Shown here one piece after another: positions 1 to 13,710 of a stretch of 64,000 bases of DNA. The stretch lies in assembly GCA_973895155.1 (NCBI GenBank), contig OZ316896.1, positions 14,914,684 through 14,978,683 on the forward strand. The letters are read 5' to 3'. This stretch comes from Marsupella aquatica. Lineage: Eukaryota > Plantae > Marchantiophyta. Both the position numbers and the translations under genes were made by a program. The notes under the pieces are model-generated. The model saw only the letters and a program-made list of their open reading frames with translations. It had not been told where the DNA came from and made no database searches. The stretch's first letter is position 1; every line of letters starts with the position of its first letter.

Positions 1-671
1 CACTCGCTCCTCTTCTTCTCTCCTCCTCTTTATACTAGTGCACAGCCGGCACGCTCTTCCTCCGCACTTATATACAGCGAGAAAACAGAGCAATTGATTG
101 ACACAGAGCGAGAAGAGAGCTGTTGTTCGTTGGGGAGCGCGTGGCGCAGAGAGACTCAGCAGACACAGAGAGAGAGAGGGAGGGTAGCAAAATGATCGCT
201 CGAGCGGCCTTCGGGGTCTTATAGGCGCGGCGAGCGAGGGGCCTGCCGCGGCGGGTGGCAGGGACAAGGAAGGGGGGGATGGCGTGTCGAGGACCGGTGA
301 TCGCGATGGAAACAGGGCGGAAAGGTGAGCGCTGCGCTGAGTCATCAAAAGGAGCGAGGCCGTGTGGCCATGCGCGGGTTTATGCTGTTTATATAAGCTG
401 GCGAGATAGACAGGCTAGCTACTAGCTAGGGGCGGAAGGAGGGGCGTAGGGGAGGACGGGCTAGCCAGGGACGGAAGGAGGGAACGCGTAGGGGTATAGG
501 GTAATCCCCAAAGGTGGTTAGCCCCAGTGGTATTATTACCCTAAAGTGGCGTTTTTAAGGCCCGCTACCCTGACAGGAGGGGACGGGTCACCCCAGACGT
601 AGACCGATTTTTCGTCTCAGGATGGGGGGTTACCTAACCCCATACGTAGACCGATTTTTTTTCTCGTATAG
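1..671. mobile_element. Possible right end of an unclassified DNA transposon or repeat (GC-rich, short subterminal repeats)
   Basis: GC- and AG-rich non-coding stretch. ACGTAGACCGATTTTT occurs twice (597-612, 644-659), followed by TTTTCTCGTATAG and an abrupt switch to AT-rich sequence. The left end is outside the window, so no TSD can be checked. Confidence 0.3.
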
Positions 672-1146
672 AAGTCGTGATGAATCGCACAAACGTTAAG
701 GAAAAGTGTCTCTATATTATTCTCTTTGGCCATCCATGAAATGCCACATTAGATAAAAAATTTAGAATTATATCTCCTAAAATAAAATACTCACCGAATG
801 CTCATACAGTCAGTGTTTTATGTGTACAGCTGTATGCCCTAAAGGTGTTAGAGGATGCCAAACAGCTGTGTTGGGACGCTAATGAGCTCAACGGCAGCGG
901 TTTAAGTTCCAGAACAGGGTGTCCAATGTGCCTACACAGGCGATTCAAACAGGGTGTCTATGTACCCATGGCAATTCAGAACACTGTTTTTTCATTTGAA
1001 AAATGCATTTATTAGAGAAGCCACTGCGGCAAAGACCAGTGAGGCAGACAACAAACCAAACCATGGGCCACATGCGCCCAAACAGTGACTCAATGCCAGA
1101 ACACGGTGCCTACTCATCAAATGTAAACCTACTCAAAAGTCACATA

Positions 1147-3833
1147 TCAAATATGAGGAAAACTGCAATGGAGAGCAAGAACTTTATTATATGAAAAGAA
1201 ACGATTCACATTGAAAGGAGCCTTGTGAGGCAGTGCGTTTGCCTTGTTCTCCACGTCCAAAACCATCAGGTCCACTTCATGAATCTCCACAACTTCAGCT
1301 GCAAAAGCAGCTATACTCATCCCCACAATTGTAGTGTCAGATATGCACACTTTGTTGCTGTGGTTGTTGGAGCTACTTGTAAAACAAAAAAGTCTCACTG
1401 TCAATAGCTGAATTATGATAAAGGACATTTATGAAATTCACAAGTCTAATTGGACAGTATCTAAGACCTGTGAACGAGTCTTCTTCAGAGCCGCACACTT
1501 CTCAGCACCTTCAATCACATTATTCTTGAACAGATCCGTCTCTTGAACAACGTTAGAGTTATAAGCGCTCCCCTCACCTGCAAATCTAAGAGCAACATGA
1601 ACTTGTGCTTCAAGAGAGCAGTCATATCAGTTGTAAGCACCTTGAGATTTGTGGGCATTGATCCACATTCCCATTGCAGGTGGTACACCTTTGAAAGCTA
1701 TCCTCATAATGCATGTTGTTCTCCCATCATCATCTCCTATTCAATGATCCATAGATAACTCTATTACGGGGTCTCATTGAACCTCTTGGTTTTGGCTCTG
1801 GTGATAGTCATTCAGGTTTTCCTAGAACTGATCAAAGTGGTGGACATGCAAATAGGCAGTTCACCAAATGTGACCAACATATGAAATTCAAACTAACAAG
1901 TCATGGATGTTTTGCGGCCCTTCAAGTTTGAGACTCCCTACTCCCACAGCTCAGGTTTGAGCTAGTAGGGGGTGTCTAACATGCCCCCAATACCCTACTA
2001 AGCATGTTCATTCTATGTTTGGGTGGGAAGTGGGTCACCCTAGCTAGTCCTGTACTGCAAGAGCTGTAAAGGAGTCCAGTAACTGCCCATAACAATGCAA
2101 TTAAGGATTTGGTAATAATTATCTTATGTTTTGTTTCTCCTTTAAGGGAGGCCCTGTAGGACCACAATATTTGAATTGATGTTGAGTGTAGATCATTACA
2201 ATACCATCCTTCTAAATGTCACACTCCCTTGTCAAGATAGACTTCAACTGCAATGTTTGAAGAACTGTGCAGAAGGAACGACAATTGAAGGGATTTAGAT
2301 GAGACAAGAGGATATTCAGTTCATAGGACTGGTGTTTACCAAAGTTTCACAATTACAGGTGAAGAGCAACTCACAAGATCAAGGGAGACACTAGGAAGTT
2401 CACAATGCTCCACTTGAAGAAACAGACCCTTTGCAATGTCAATGGCAATGGCGGCTTCTCAAAGAGGAGGGGGCAGAGGATCTCTGTAATGCTTTGGTAG
2501 TCTTGTTGACAGCTGGACTAGAGATTATCGCTTGATAATGGAACGAAGTTATGTCCAGAACGGACGGTGGTGATGAATGGTCTTCCACAAGTAGAGCAGA
2601 CTACCTTTGCACTGCTTTGGAAGGGGACTTGTTCACATTGGACTATGTATGATTGGCTGATAGTGGATTGAAGAGAACTCTAGAATGGAAGAACTAGAAC
2701 TCTGGGGCCTTGCCACCTGCATTTTGTGATGTCAAGACCTGATATATAATGTATCCAGTCTTTCAACCTTTGAAGCATCCCACACAGAAGGTGCATATTC
2801 TGAAGACTTAGTGCCAATTTCTGTAGATTTAAATTACACTTGCTTTGATCAGGATGAACTTCCAAAAAAACCATAGTTCTTCAATTGACAAAGTGGGCAA
2901 AGGGTGCAATTATTCTTGGCAACGAGAAGTATTGTTCTAAAATGTGCACACCCCTGACCACAAGAGCAATAACACAATGGGCGGCTTGAATGAGATTAAC
3001 AATATCTTCAAGGTTTCAAACAGTGATGAAGGACCCTCTTACCACATGTTCATGTCATCTACACCACTACGGGAGTGAAAAAAAACATAACAAAAATTAA
3101 GCTGCTTGGTTTTCAGCATTTAACTTTCTGGTTATGTACTTGTCCAGAGACTACTAGTAACTAATGGTCTGGTCCTTGTGGGAACATACCTTTAGAACAC
3201 TTTAAGGTCTCATGTTTGAAAGTCTTAGCTGCCCATCATTGACAACCCCTAGTAGAGAGGCCTGTTCAGAAGTCTTTGAATTGTGGCCATCGTTTGGCAC
3301 TTGCTTAATCATTAAGGTTTTTACTTTTTTGCCAGAGTAGCAAATGTAGACTTTGTGAAGGAGAAGATGCTCAGAATATACTTTATCTTGCTTTATTGGA
3401 ACATTTTCCTGACCGTTAGATCTCCCTAGATTTAAGGATGACTGCTAGATTCTAGCCAATGGGGCCTGTGATTAGGTGGGACACTAGTGAGACTGAGAAA
3501 AATTAGCAAATTTTCGCCAAAAGTGGGAAAGCTTTTTGGGGAGGTGGAATCTGCCGAATTTTTCCGCCGCTAAAAAAAAGCTGAATTGACATCCCCCAGT
3601 GTAGATGTAATAATCCGCATACTAATAGGTACCCGTGGAGATCGCGGGCTGTCACTTCCTGGTTTCCCCTTCACCCGGCCCGGTAACAATGCCGAAACTT
3701 TGTCCTCGTCCACAGTACGATTGTGATTCTCTTCTAATAATAATAGCAACTTCGCGAAAACGCTAAACACGAAGTAAACGACAAGCTCAACTACCAATGG
3801 GGACTGCGGCACATCGGCGGTAAGATCGGCCAC
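1147..3833 (-). pseudogene. Possible decayed multi-exon gene of unknown function, head-to-head with mL46
   Basis: AG/GT-bounded exon-like segments at ~3733-3633 (EENHNRTVDEDKVSALLPGRVKGKPGSDSPRSPR) and ~1577-1468 (GEGSAYNSNVVQETDLFKNN...). A Ser-rich, internally duplicated segment at ~2700-2450 carries stops and frameshifts. No recognisable family. Confidence 0.25.
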
Positions 3834-4216
3834 GATGATTTGGATCGATGGCTACGAGGCGAACGAACCTGACGTAGGAGTTTAGGTCTGGATCAGGCTC
3901 GGCACCGGTGCTCCAAACGAACCTCCATTAACAAAACCAGCGCGACCACGAGCGCAGCGTGACAGCAGGTTTAGAGATTTATTGAAGCGAATTTGGAGGA
4001 GAGATTTGATCGAGAAACAGGGTGAGATCGTCAGGTGGAGTTGCGCAGGGGTGTCCGTTTTGCGGGTTGGATTGGCTGCTGCGAACGGAATTTTTCTAAG
4101 TTCGAACGGTCCAGTATTGAGGTTTTTGCCACAGGGTTTGGGCTAGACGGAGCTCGTTTGTGGATGATCCGGATGTGAGAGGCGACAGTTGAGATTGCGG
4201 GAGGTAATCGGGACCG

Positions 4217-6837
4217 ATGCAGCGCTTTTCAGGACAAATTTTGTGCGAATTGGGTCGAAACTTCGCGCGATCTAGTTGTTGGGGACCGGGTAATGGGAAA
4301 CTGGCCAGAGAGTCGTCTGCTATCTGCATCGCTCCAATTCGAAGGTTGAGTTCCACAGCAGGTGCCGATGGAAAGATTGTGGCGTCGGTGGTGCTAGAAC
4401 GACTTCCTGTAATCTTGCCGTCCTTGTCTCCTGCGGTTGCTGCGTTCCGCCAGTTCTCGTAGGTGTCCCTGATCTTCAGTGACTATGTTCTCCATTAGTC
4501 TCTACGCTTCAAGTTTGTCTATCATAATGTTAAGGTGCTCATCTTGAAGGTTGATTATGTCCCAAGCGATGAGCATGAGCTGGCTCCTACGGTGCCGATC
4601 AGACCCTTCTTTAGGCCAGTTTTGTCGATGAAGCGTTGCTAATTGAGGGGATTCATAGTTCTTGTCTTATTCTCGTGCTTCAGATTTGATTGGCAACAGC
4701 AGTATCGACGACATTACCCTCAGGAGTTTCTGGAGGCGTCCGCTAACAGGTGATTGCATTGAACGCAACCGGATCGTTGTGCCTAGTCCTGAAAACTTTG
4801 TTTAGGGCGTGTAGTGATTCCCCCGCGATTTAAGGAGCTTTCTGCTTCCAATTTGAGTCTGGTGCGGATTAGGGTTGTTTTCAGATTCGCTTGATTTGCT
4901 TCACATTAAAGGCAAAGATGGGAGCGTAGACATCTGGGTTTTGAGGTTGTGGAGAGAGGGCTTCAATGACGGGTGGTCATGGCACACTTGGCAGGGGTGA
5001 ATTCGATGATAGCGCAGTGTATGAGCCTGGCCCTGCTGTCACTGAAGCCGATCGATCGAACGATCATAGGTACGCAAGATCTCACAGAAACGGTAGAATG
5101 ATATGGAGATTGAGTTAGCCCGAAAGATTTCTACAACGTGTAGGGGGAATTGCTAATAAGATTAGACGCGTCTAGAGAGGGGGCAAAGTTCATCGTGCTT
5201 CAGTCAAGTGAGACCTTTGGTTACTAGATTGAACTTATGCCATAGACCATAGTCCACATACCGTTCTTTGGGGTCCCGTTTTTTCAGTCTTTCCATTCGC
5301 GAGTTTTCCTCCCCCGTCTTTAGTCATTCCTTTTAACTGACCCCACACTGATTGGTAGGGACGAAAACGTAAATTTAGAGCTGTGTGCCTCGTTCACCCG
5401 TTTTGTCGTAATACCTGCTCGTCTGAGCTCCTTAGACCTTTCTCTGCATTGCCGATGCAGGTCATTGAACAGAGCTTTGGATAAGCGGCTTTATCTTGTA
5501 TTGCACGGTGTACCGTCTGGTGACAGCAAGGGAAAGCCTGTGTGGCACTTTCCCGAGAAAGTTTACTCCAAAGAACCAAGTTTGAGACAGGTATAACTTA
5601 TACTGTGAAACCTGAAGTTCATCCCTGGGCTGACTGCAGTCTGCTATCCTTGCTTATCATGGTGCAGCACTAGTATTCTGACCTTTAATACAAAAGAACA
5701 ATTCCTTGCTTAGGGTCTTGCAAGCAAATGAGTAGATCACTGTGTAAACGTGGATAATAAGTTTTTCAACGAGCGGAAGCTTGTTCGACAAGACAACGCT
5801 CCCCACCCAATGTCCGTGGCTAACAACACCAATCAAGTGGTCTAGTTATTTTTGCTTTTATCTACACCCCTGAAACTTTAGTTTTAGCTGTTTCTAGCTG
5901 CTCATAGACACCTGAATTTAGACGGGCTAGCAGGGTTGAGGGTGTACTGCACTGAATGCTGTCTTTCAACCAACAGGAGTGTAGTATGAATGTAGGAAAG
6001 TACTTGCATTGCTGGTATCATCGTAGGGATTCCGAGAGTTTACAAATTCTATCTTACGGGCAAAGTATGCTCTATCTTTATTTTAAAGCCTTTTCGTAGT
6101 GCATGGCGGTTTTTTAGCTTGATTCCTGATGCTAAATGGACGCCACGCAAGAAAGGGAAACCAATTGCTGAGTTCCTGACGGTATTTGCTCTGAAATGGC
6201 AGTGTGCAGAAGCGGCCCTTGTCTCACTCTTTGGAGATCTGTCAAAGTCTGTTTACTTTGTAGGCAACGCTCCTTGTGGTCATCTGCCATCTGAGACTCC
6301 AGCACTCAAGGTATAAATTGCTGTAATCTCTCTAGGGTTTTATCGTTCCAGTACTGTATTTTATTAGAACCTGCCTTTGTTCATGATCATGTGTAGTGGA
6401 TAACTATGGGACAATTAGTCTACTTTCTCTCTCAATACTGATGCTATGAATGTTGAAGCAACCTTTTTTTTGGCAACCAAAGAATGAATACTTGAAAACA
6501 CTTTACCTCAACCTGAGCTTGGCTGACAGGCAGGCTTAATATCACCGAAAGCGTATGGCCATAGGAATCTTTTCAAACTTCTAAACTATGGAATGAGTCT
6601 CCGCTAGTTGCTATCCATTAGAGCTTGAGTTTCGATTTGCACATCAAGCTAGTAGATGGTCTTACTTGATCTCTTTTTTGCTGGATGCAGAGATTTTTTT
6701 TCAGAACGCAGCTGCTTACTAGTGAGTTCAATTTAGAAGACAAAGAGCATACCGATTTTGCTTGGATATCTAAGGAAGAAGTTCCCCTCTACTTTGAAGG
6801 GAATGAAGCGGATTTCGTGAATAAATTGCTTCGATAA
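4217..6837 (+). CDS. MRPL46: Mitochondrial ribosomal protein L46 (mL46), 6 exons: 4217-4458, 4684-4749, 4995-5069, 5461-5590, 6203-6310, 6691-6837
   Basis: GT-AG introns join in phase. Motifs KIVASVVLERLPVI, FDWQQQYRRHYPQEFL, RSLNRALDKRLYLVL, WHFPEKVY, YFVGNAPCGH, RFFFRTQ and DFAWISKEE match plant mL46. The N-terminus is a basic, transit-peptide-like sequence. Confidence 0.9.
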
Positions 6838-7110
6838 AGCTCACGATTCTGAAACTTTGAGTCGCGTGGGTGTCATACATGAAGGATTCCTCTGGTTGCT
6901 TTGTGAATGGACTGGTAAGTTGCCGGAGCAGTTTTAGCTCCTGAGAATGGGTGCCAATTGGAAGGTATATCTCTGTGTACTTTGAAATATTGACTGATTG
7001 ACTGCATTGCATGATCTGTCTCAGTCCCCTGATTTGTTTGTTGCAACCTTGTGCCTTTCCAGATTGGACGAGCTCAATACTTTGCTGCGTGGAGGCCAGT
7101 GCATTTATTT

Positions 7111-7179
7111 AATCATTTAGTCGCACATCACCAAGACTCTGCGAATCATTTAGTCGCACATCACCAAGACTCTGCGAAT
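7111..7179. repeat. 33-bp perfect tandem duplication
   Basis: AATCATTTAGTCGCACATCACCAAGACTCTGCG x2. Confidence 0.9.
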
Positions 7180-7506
7180 TCCTGCAAACTCCTGATATCA
7201 GGAAGCTTCTAGTTTTATTGCCTTCACCATCCGTACGAAAGGATGATCCAGGCAAAAGCCATTTCTGGAGAGTGTAAATCGGTTGAAACAAAATACCAGT
7301 GATGCTCGAGCAGCTGTGCATCCTCCTTGTCTCTATCCCTACATCTATTGCTCTTTGCAACATGAGCCTCATGGGACTTTTTGGGTATATGCGATGACTG
7401 TATTTGTCACAAATATCCGGAAGTATCTTTACAGCGGAACTAAGAAGATGCAATTCACGACGTGCTTGGCGAGCAACCAGTAGTGCCAGCTCTAACTCTA
7501 AAACTT

Positions 7507-7645
7507 TGTGATGTACGTAGTACGTACCATCCCCCCTAATTCCCTAGAGTCCAAGAAGATTGTGATGTACGTAGTACGTACCATCCCCCTAATTCCCTAC
7601 AGTCCGAGAAGATTGTGATGTAAGCAGTACGTACGTACCATTCCC
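7507..7645. repeat. ~53-bp tandem repeat, ~2.5 copies
   Basis: TTGTGATGTACGTAGTACGTACCATCCCCCTAATTCCCTA(G/C)AGTCC(A/G)AGAAGA repeated. Confidence 0.85.
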
Positions 7646-9110
7646 TATAAATCGAGCTAGGAAAAAGCCATCGTTGACCCTCGAGCCGAAATGAAGAGGA
7701 GGAATATCAAAAGGTTTTGCCTTGTACCGTTGGAGTCAGCCAAGATGACTGCCGCTACATAACAATCACACATCCACCAAACCCTTGACTTTGCAACCAA
7801 GCAGAGTCAGCGCAGAGACCGCCATTTGACTGTCGGCCTATTATTTCATTGGAAAATGACGGCACTCCCCCATCGCGGCCAACTTTTGGTTAGCGTTGCC
7901 CCGACAGAAACTGGTTGCTGTGCTCGGAAAAATTTTAAACGGCAATGTTTTAAACGAACGGCATTGAGACTGGCAACCAACTATCACTTGATCAGACAAA
8001 CCAAGTGTTCGCGTTCACACTGAAACGTAAATGCATGATGGGCGAAGTGATCGCTTTCACATTGTAACCGCATTGGAGGAGCCAAGCCAAGCCAAGAAGA
8101 TTCGCTGCTAAGCTTACGAATAATTTCAGAAACAAATGAAGGCCAATTCACATGGAAAGAAAACCACAGACATGCAGATCATTACCAACTGATTGCCAAC
8201 ACTGAAGCCAACAGTGTTTAGAAGTCCATCACATTGAAGGGGACAGGGGCTATGTTTATTTTCAGGTCTTCTACCAGCTTTGATATACTTGTGAGCCAAG
8301 ATTTGCTTCAACTTCTACAACCAGAAGCACAGATATTCATTTATGTGTTGTAAGATCGCTAATAACATCATTCCTATCCAGTATCTGAGAAACTAGACAG
8401 GAGAGGACCAACTGGAATGGATCGAGACGACCTGTTATAGATCTAGAATCACAAAATCAATGAAGTGAGACTGCCTCTTCCTCAAAGGCTTTGCAGTAGA
8501 TATCATTGTTCCCACGTCCGAATCACAAACGGACTACTGAAATGGAGGCAATGAGATTCAATACAATGAACACATTTAAAAGCAGCAGGTGACGAGTCTG
8601 ACTAGGAGAATTTATTTCTATACCTACAAGACATTTGCATCAGCTTAATTTTGTAACAGTAAAGAATGTTCAGTCAATTTAGTTGTCAAGCCAATATTTT
8701 AACTACCAGGAAACATGAATTCACTTAAGAATAATGATACCAAGCCATTTCTACTTTGCTAGTAATAGTTTTGGCCCAGAACTTTGTAGTGTGAAATATC
8801 GAGACCCATTAGAGATTGTCAAGAACACTTGTTTAGAGACCTCTTCCTACTCTCAAGGATCCTTGTCCTTTAAAAATGTACCCAAATATTCTCAAGGCTT
8901 GCTTTAGACATGGTCGTGCCTTTTCTCCCAAGAGTCCACCAGCGAAGGCTCAAAGGTAGAAACAGATCCTGCTACCCTCAGCCTTTACAGGCCATACCTG
9001 ACCGAGCATTCCACATACACAGATAATCGCATACGCTATAATTCCATCAAATCACAATCTGGCTCCCGTAGTTCCCCAAATCGAGCCTGATATAAGTGAA
9101 TGCTATTGGT

Positions 9111-12100
9111 CTATTGTTTTGGAGCTTCTAAGAAGCCATTTTGTTGTAGAGTTGTCACAGTGTCTACGAGTTGCGATTCGATAGATTTGAATTGTACTCC
9201 CAACTTCTTTGCCTTCTCATTGCTCAATTTGAAAGTAGGCAGTTCCTGTGATATCTCATATCCGGGCCTACAAACATGCAATAAACTGTGTCAGTGATAT
9301 AACAGAGCAGTACTTGGTTGCACTGTCCCATCTCCTGCATATTATTTGGATGTCACCAACAAATCCTCAAGAGAAGTTTGATCTCCTGTAATTGTATTCA
9401 GCGCACCATATACCCTAGCTCCTAAAAGGTCGCCCTGTAGTTATTCAAGGGTGGATATCTGAATCAATAATTGTGGGTTCTGTTCATGGAGAAGCAACTT
9501 TCGAGGACCTCACATCCATTTTCGCCAATGATGTGCCTCTAGAAAGCCAAATGGAGACATTCTCACCCATACCTACGATCTTAAACTATACACCACACCT
9601 AACTTCTCTTGGTCCAAAGAACTGACACATTATACAACCATCATTGCCATCATTGTTTCGAAAACGGACTGATGTGTGACATTCGTTGGTGCTTTAGTCC
9701 TGCGTGTGCAAACGTCTGCCCTTCAGAAATCGCTTTCACTCATCAAAATTCCAAATTTTTTTGGAAAGGATTTGGTAACGTACTCTGTGGGGACTGGATA
9801 GTCTGGATATAGTTTCCGTAGTATCTGCACAATTTGCTTGTAATTATACACTTCTTCGACCAAATTGTAGCGTCCTTCTGCTTTGGGATCTTCATAACCC
9901 AAAATATGACCTAACGAAACATCTTCAATATGCACAAAGCCCCTTGAATTATTGCCGTATTTCTTAGCAGTGCCTGCAAAATAGTACAAATAGGTGAGTT
10001 TAGACTGGTTGATCACTAGCCGTCTATCTTGTCCATGTACCATTGAGACTCAACCACAAAGTGTTTTCAATCACAGCTTCTCTCTTTCCTGAGTCATCAT
10101 CACAACAAAATATTACAAATAGGTGAGTTATAGACTGATTGATCACTAGCCGTCTATCTTGTCCATGTACCATTGAGACTCAACCACAAAGTGTTTTCAA
10201 TCACAGCGTTCTCTCTTTCCTGAGTCATCATCACAACATCAGACACGAAAACAGCATCACAACCCAAACAGTGTGACGTGCAGAGATACTTTCAATTGCA
10301 AACATTGCTCTCAATTTTTGAACCCAATATTCTCTGAATAGTTGAACACAAAAAAAGCATTCTAACCAAATAATATGAGATGTGGAGATGCTGAAAGTTA
10401 TAACATTTCCTTTAGTTTTATTATCTATCTTACAGAAATATAATCCTGGAAAAGTCTAATCTTCTATAGCTTCGACATGTTGTAAATCACTACTGCAGCT
10501 TCTATGACAAAAAGGCGAGCATTGAATTATAAGTCTCTTAACGGATAAGATCCGGACAATTAGATGGCTGTCCGTTCTTTATATCGAAGGTTAGAGAATT
10601 CTATGTTCATCGATGTCCAATGATTTTGTTGTTCCTTCCCTCTGTACCCTCAAGTTGGACGAAATCATAGGTCCGGCCAGAAGTACAGCTTAAATCTGTC
10701 TGTGGTCCTTGAAATTGTGAATTGCCTCAGGTCATTGAAGTTTTAATCTTTCGGTTAGACTTGAATTATCTGCGCGCTAGCATACATTCTTCGTCTCAAG
10801 AAGACAGGTAACTAGGTTCTATTTTCCAATGATAGTTTGCCTTGGCCTGTTACATACTACGGATTCCCTACTCCTATCAGAGCACGAGCTAACAGAAGTT
10901 CATAGGAAGATTGGCTAGCTGCACACCCATTATTCTTCGTTTATGTTTTTAACAGCTGAGCTGGCAAATCGTTCTGGGAGAGTAGAGCAGATAGGAAGAG
11001 CAAAGTGACGTTACGGAAGACCATCTAAGCTAGCTTAGTTCACTTATATACGCTAGCACTCATAGAGACTGGTCTATTGTACATTTCTTTTTGCAGTCAA
11101 GCTGAAGAATGCATTAACCTGACAGGTAATAAGGGTAAATCCCAGGATTTCTTGATGTCGGGGCTGGGATAAAAAACTTGGGTCAAAATTGGGAGATTGT
11201 AAATACTTGCCTGAAACAAGGTCTAAGATTTCTTCGGAACTTGTATTGAGCGTCGGCTGCAGCATGGGTCCAATCACAAGTGTTGGATTCATCACCACCA
11301 AATCGAAATGTTTACCCTTCACGAAACCCCAGGCAGCTTTTTCTGCCAGCGTTTTAGACAAGACGTACCATAACTGTCAACGAAAACCACACGTTAGAAA
11401 GAGAACTGGATCAACCGTACAACACGGCTGTTTTTGGTTAAGACACTTCCCAGACGACGGGCGAGAGCCCATGCTGACCAAACAAAACTACATGATTCAT
11501 CACGAGTATATACACTAGTAACAAAAGAACAAGCAAGATTGTGAGAAAAAATTGAAGGAACATGACAGATACAGAATTCAGCGACAAATAGTTCAGTACA
11601 ATACCCCTCTCTCTCTGCACCACTCGGGGTCGCTCCACCAGCTTTCGTCAATAACGACACCTTCCCGGGGTTTGCCATTGAATAAGACAGAAGCACCCGA
11701 GGAAGTGAGGACAACACGCTTCACACTCTTGGCTTTGGCAGCTGCTTCAAGAAGATTGAGTGAACCCTTCACTGCAGGATCAATTAGCTGCTTCTGCAAC
11801 ATGATGAATCCAGGATATAGACTGAGTTGCAAGTCCGATCGCACACCAATGTGCGTAGAATGCGGGAATTCTAGATGCCAATCCGATTCCAAAGAAACCA
11901 TTTATTGAACCAGATCCCTCCGTGATTTGGAAAGTGATTCTCTGGATCTCACCCGACACATAGAATGAACTCTTTTACAGACGAGGCAACCAGAAACAAT
12001 CCAGAGGGAAAAGCTAACTGGGAAGCAATTTCTTTCATTTTATGTCTTGTACAAGGTGACGGTGCACCATGTGGTAAGCAAACTTCAATGAGTGAACTAT

Positions 12101-13163
12101 ACATATTGAAGAGAAGTTTGATCTAGTACCAACTTCGTCTGCACGAGACGAGTTGGATGACATTGCGGATCCTTTTCCATTTAATCGATATTGAACTATT
12201 CAGAAAAGAAGGACAGATTGACCGAGGGAAGCGTCCTTCAGTCCTAATGACGAATGGCGGATAGAATCACACATCAACCACAGTTGCCAAAGGAAGTTTC
12301 TTGAACCATCTGAATCGTTCAATACTAAATCCAGAGACAAGAAAGCTGTTGCAATCCCCCAATGCCAGCCATCGTAGGGAGATGAACATCCACAAAGAGC
12401 TAATGTACTGCAGCTAACCTCTGGGTCTGTGATATTTTTGTTGAAGAACGGCGATGCAGTGTGGAAGACACCGTCCACCCCATCGACAACGCTATTAAAC
12501 GAGCCCTCTTCAAGGAGATCCGCTTTATACAATGTCAGCCTCTCTTTCGCCCAAGGCAGGTTCAACAGAAACCCCACTTTGGAAACATCATCTACACAAC
12601 GCACAGTTAGTGAGTCCACCGCAAGAACCGTCAGATCGACTCCACCAGCTACTGTATACAATTATGCACAGTAAACTAGATCAAGACAATTCACTCCCAG
12701 AATTAGCTATGATCCAGCTCAAAATCTTGACCCAAATGTAGTAGTTGGCCTTTCACAATTTGGGTACAACCGACCCACCAGCAATCGAGAATGCCTACAT
12801 CCGAGCTCGTTCACATTGCTTGAATGACTGAAAATTTCGGACCGGCTTTTCTGAAATGGGATCACCGTAAACTGGAAAAATGAAGCGAATGGACAACCTC
12901 CCATTCAACCAACAACACAGTAGCCAACGTTATAGTTGAGCTGCTTGCTTGCTGACAACCAAGCTTGGCCCATAATCATCTGCACAATTCACTGCACTTG
13001 CATGATTTTGTTGACAAGCAACAGAGCACTCTAATTACAGTACCAACATACCTGGATTCCGAACGGTGCCCCTCACATTGTAACCACGCTCTAGAAGGTC
13101 CTTCACTAAGCGAGAGGCGATGAACCCCGTCGCTCCCGTCACAGCCACCGTCTTCCCCGCCAT
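9111..13163 (-). CDS. Cinnamoyl-CoA reductase / dihydroflavonol-reductase-like NAD(P)-dependent SDR, 6 exons: 13163-13052, 12591-12419, 11793-11605, 11373-11211, 9973-9784, 9267-9111
   Basis: Rossmann motif [12 protein letters not shown]; DGVFHTASP; [13 protein letters not shown]; KRVVLTSS; WWSDPEWC; catalytic [14 protein letters not shown]; VIGPMLQP; FVHIEDV. Exon phases are consistent. Intron 4 uses a GC donor. Confidence 0.92.
9985..10238. repeat. ~125-bp near-perfect tandem duplication in intron 4 of the CCR-like gene
   Basis: ACAAATAGGTGAGTT...GAGTCATCATCACAACA at ~9985-10107 and ~10113-10238, with few mismatches. Confidence 0.9.
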
Positions 13164-13503
13164 CCTGAGTGTCGATCGATGCAGTTTAATTGATCTTCAA
13201 GTGATTTGATAGGCGAAACGAGGAGGGGCGAACAGAATACAGTACTGGGTTTTGAAGAACTCAACTGCCGAACTGCGATCATCAAATTGAGGTGGGCGCG
13301 ATATTTATAGCGACATCGGAATTGGTACCTTCGAGCGTACGGTGAGCAGAGTAGGTGGGAACTTCAGAGCTCGATTCATTTATGGGAACTTCAGAGCTTC
13401 CTCTCTATTCTGTTCTATCATTTCTATGATGCTGCTGGCATTCAGGGAGCAAGGAAGGTTCTGGGACGATTTCCTTGCCCAGTCGTCCTGATGCGCTGTG
13501 GTG

Positions 13504-13710
13504 CTGAGACATGCTTGATAGACCCCCAAAATGAGATGCATTTCTTGATGGACGACACGAGTGATTCAGAATTTTGATAGACCTTAAATGTGGACCCCAT
13601 GTGTGATTTAGAGTTTTCATAGACCTTTTAATATGGATCCCATGAGTGATCCAAACTGTTCCTAGACAATAGATTACCCCAAACCTCATGGGGTCTATCA
13701 CGGAGTCTCA
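13504..13710. mobile_element. Possible MITE-like element with imperfect inverted termini, upstream of the CCR-like gene
   Basis: TGAGACATGCTTGATAGACCCC at the left end versus the reverse complement of the right end, TGAGACTCCGTGATAGACCCC. A smaller related inverted repeat lies at ~13936-14017. No clear TSD. Confidence 0.35.

Noticed and set aside
3064-3085. CACTACGGGAGTGAAAAAAA, a CACTA-like start
   Set aside because: No subterminal repeats and no matching TAGTG end with a TSD were found.
7507-7645. Regularly spaced repeats that could suggest a CRISPR array
   Set aside because: The 'spacers' are near-identical, so this is a plain tandem repeat; eukaryotic context with no cas genes.
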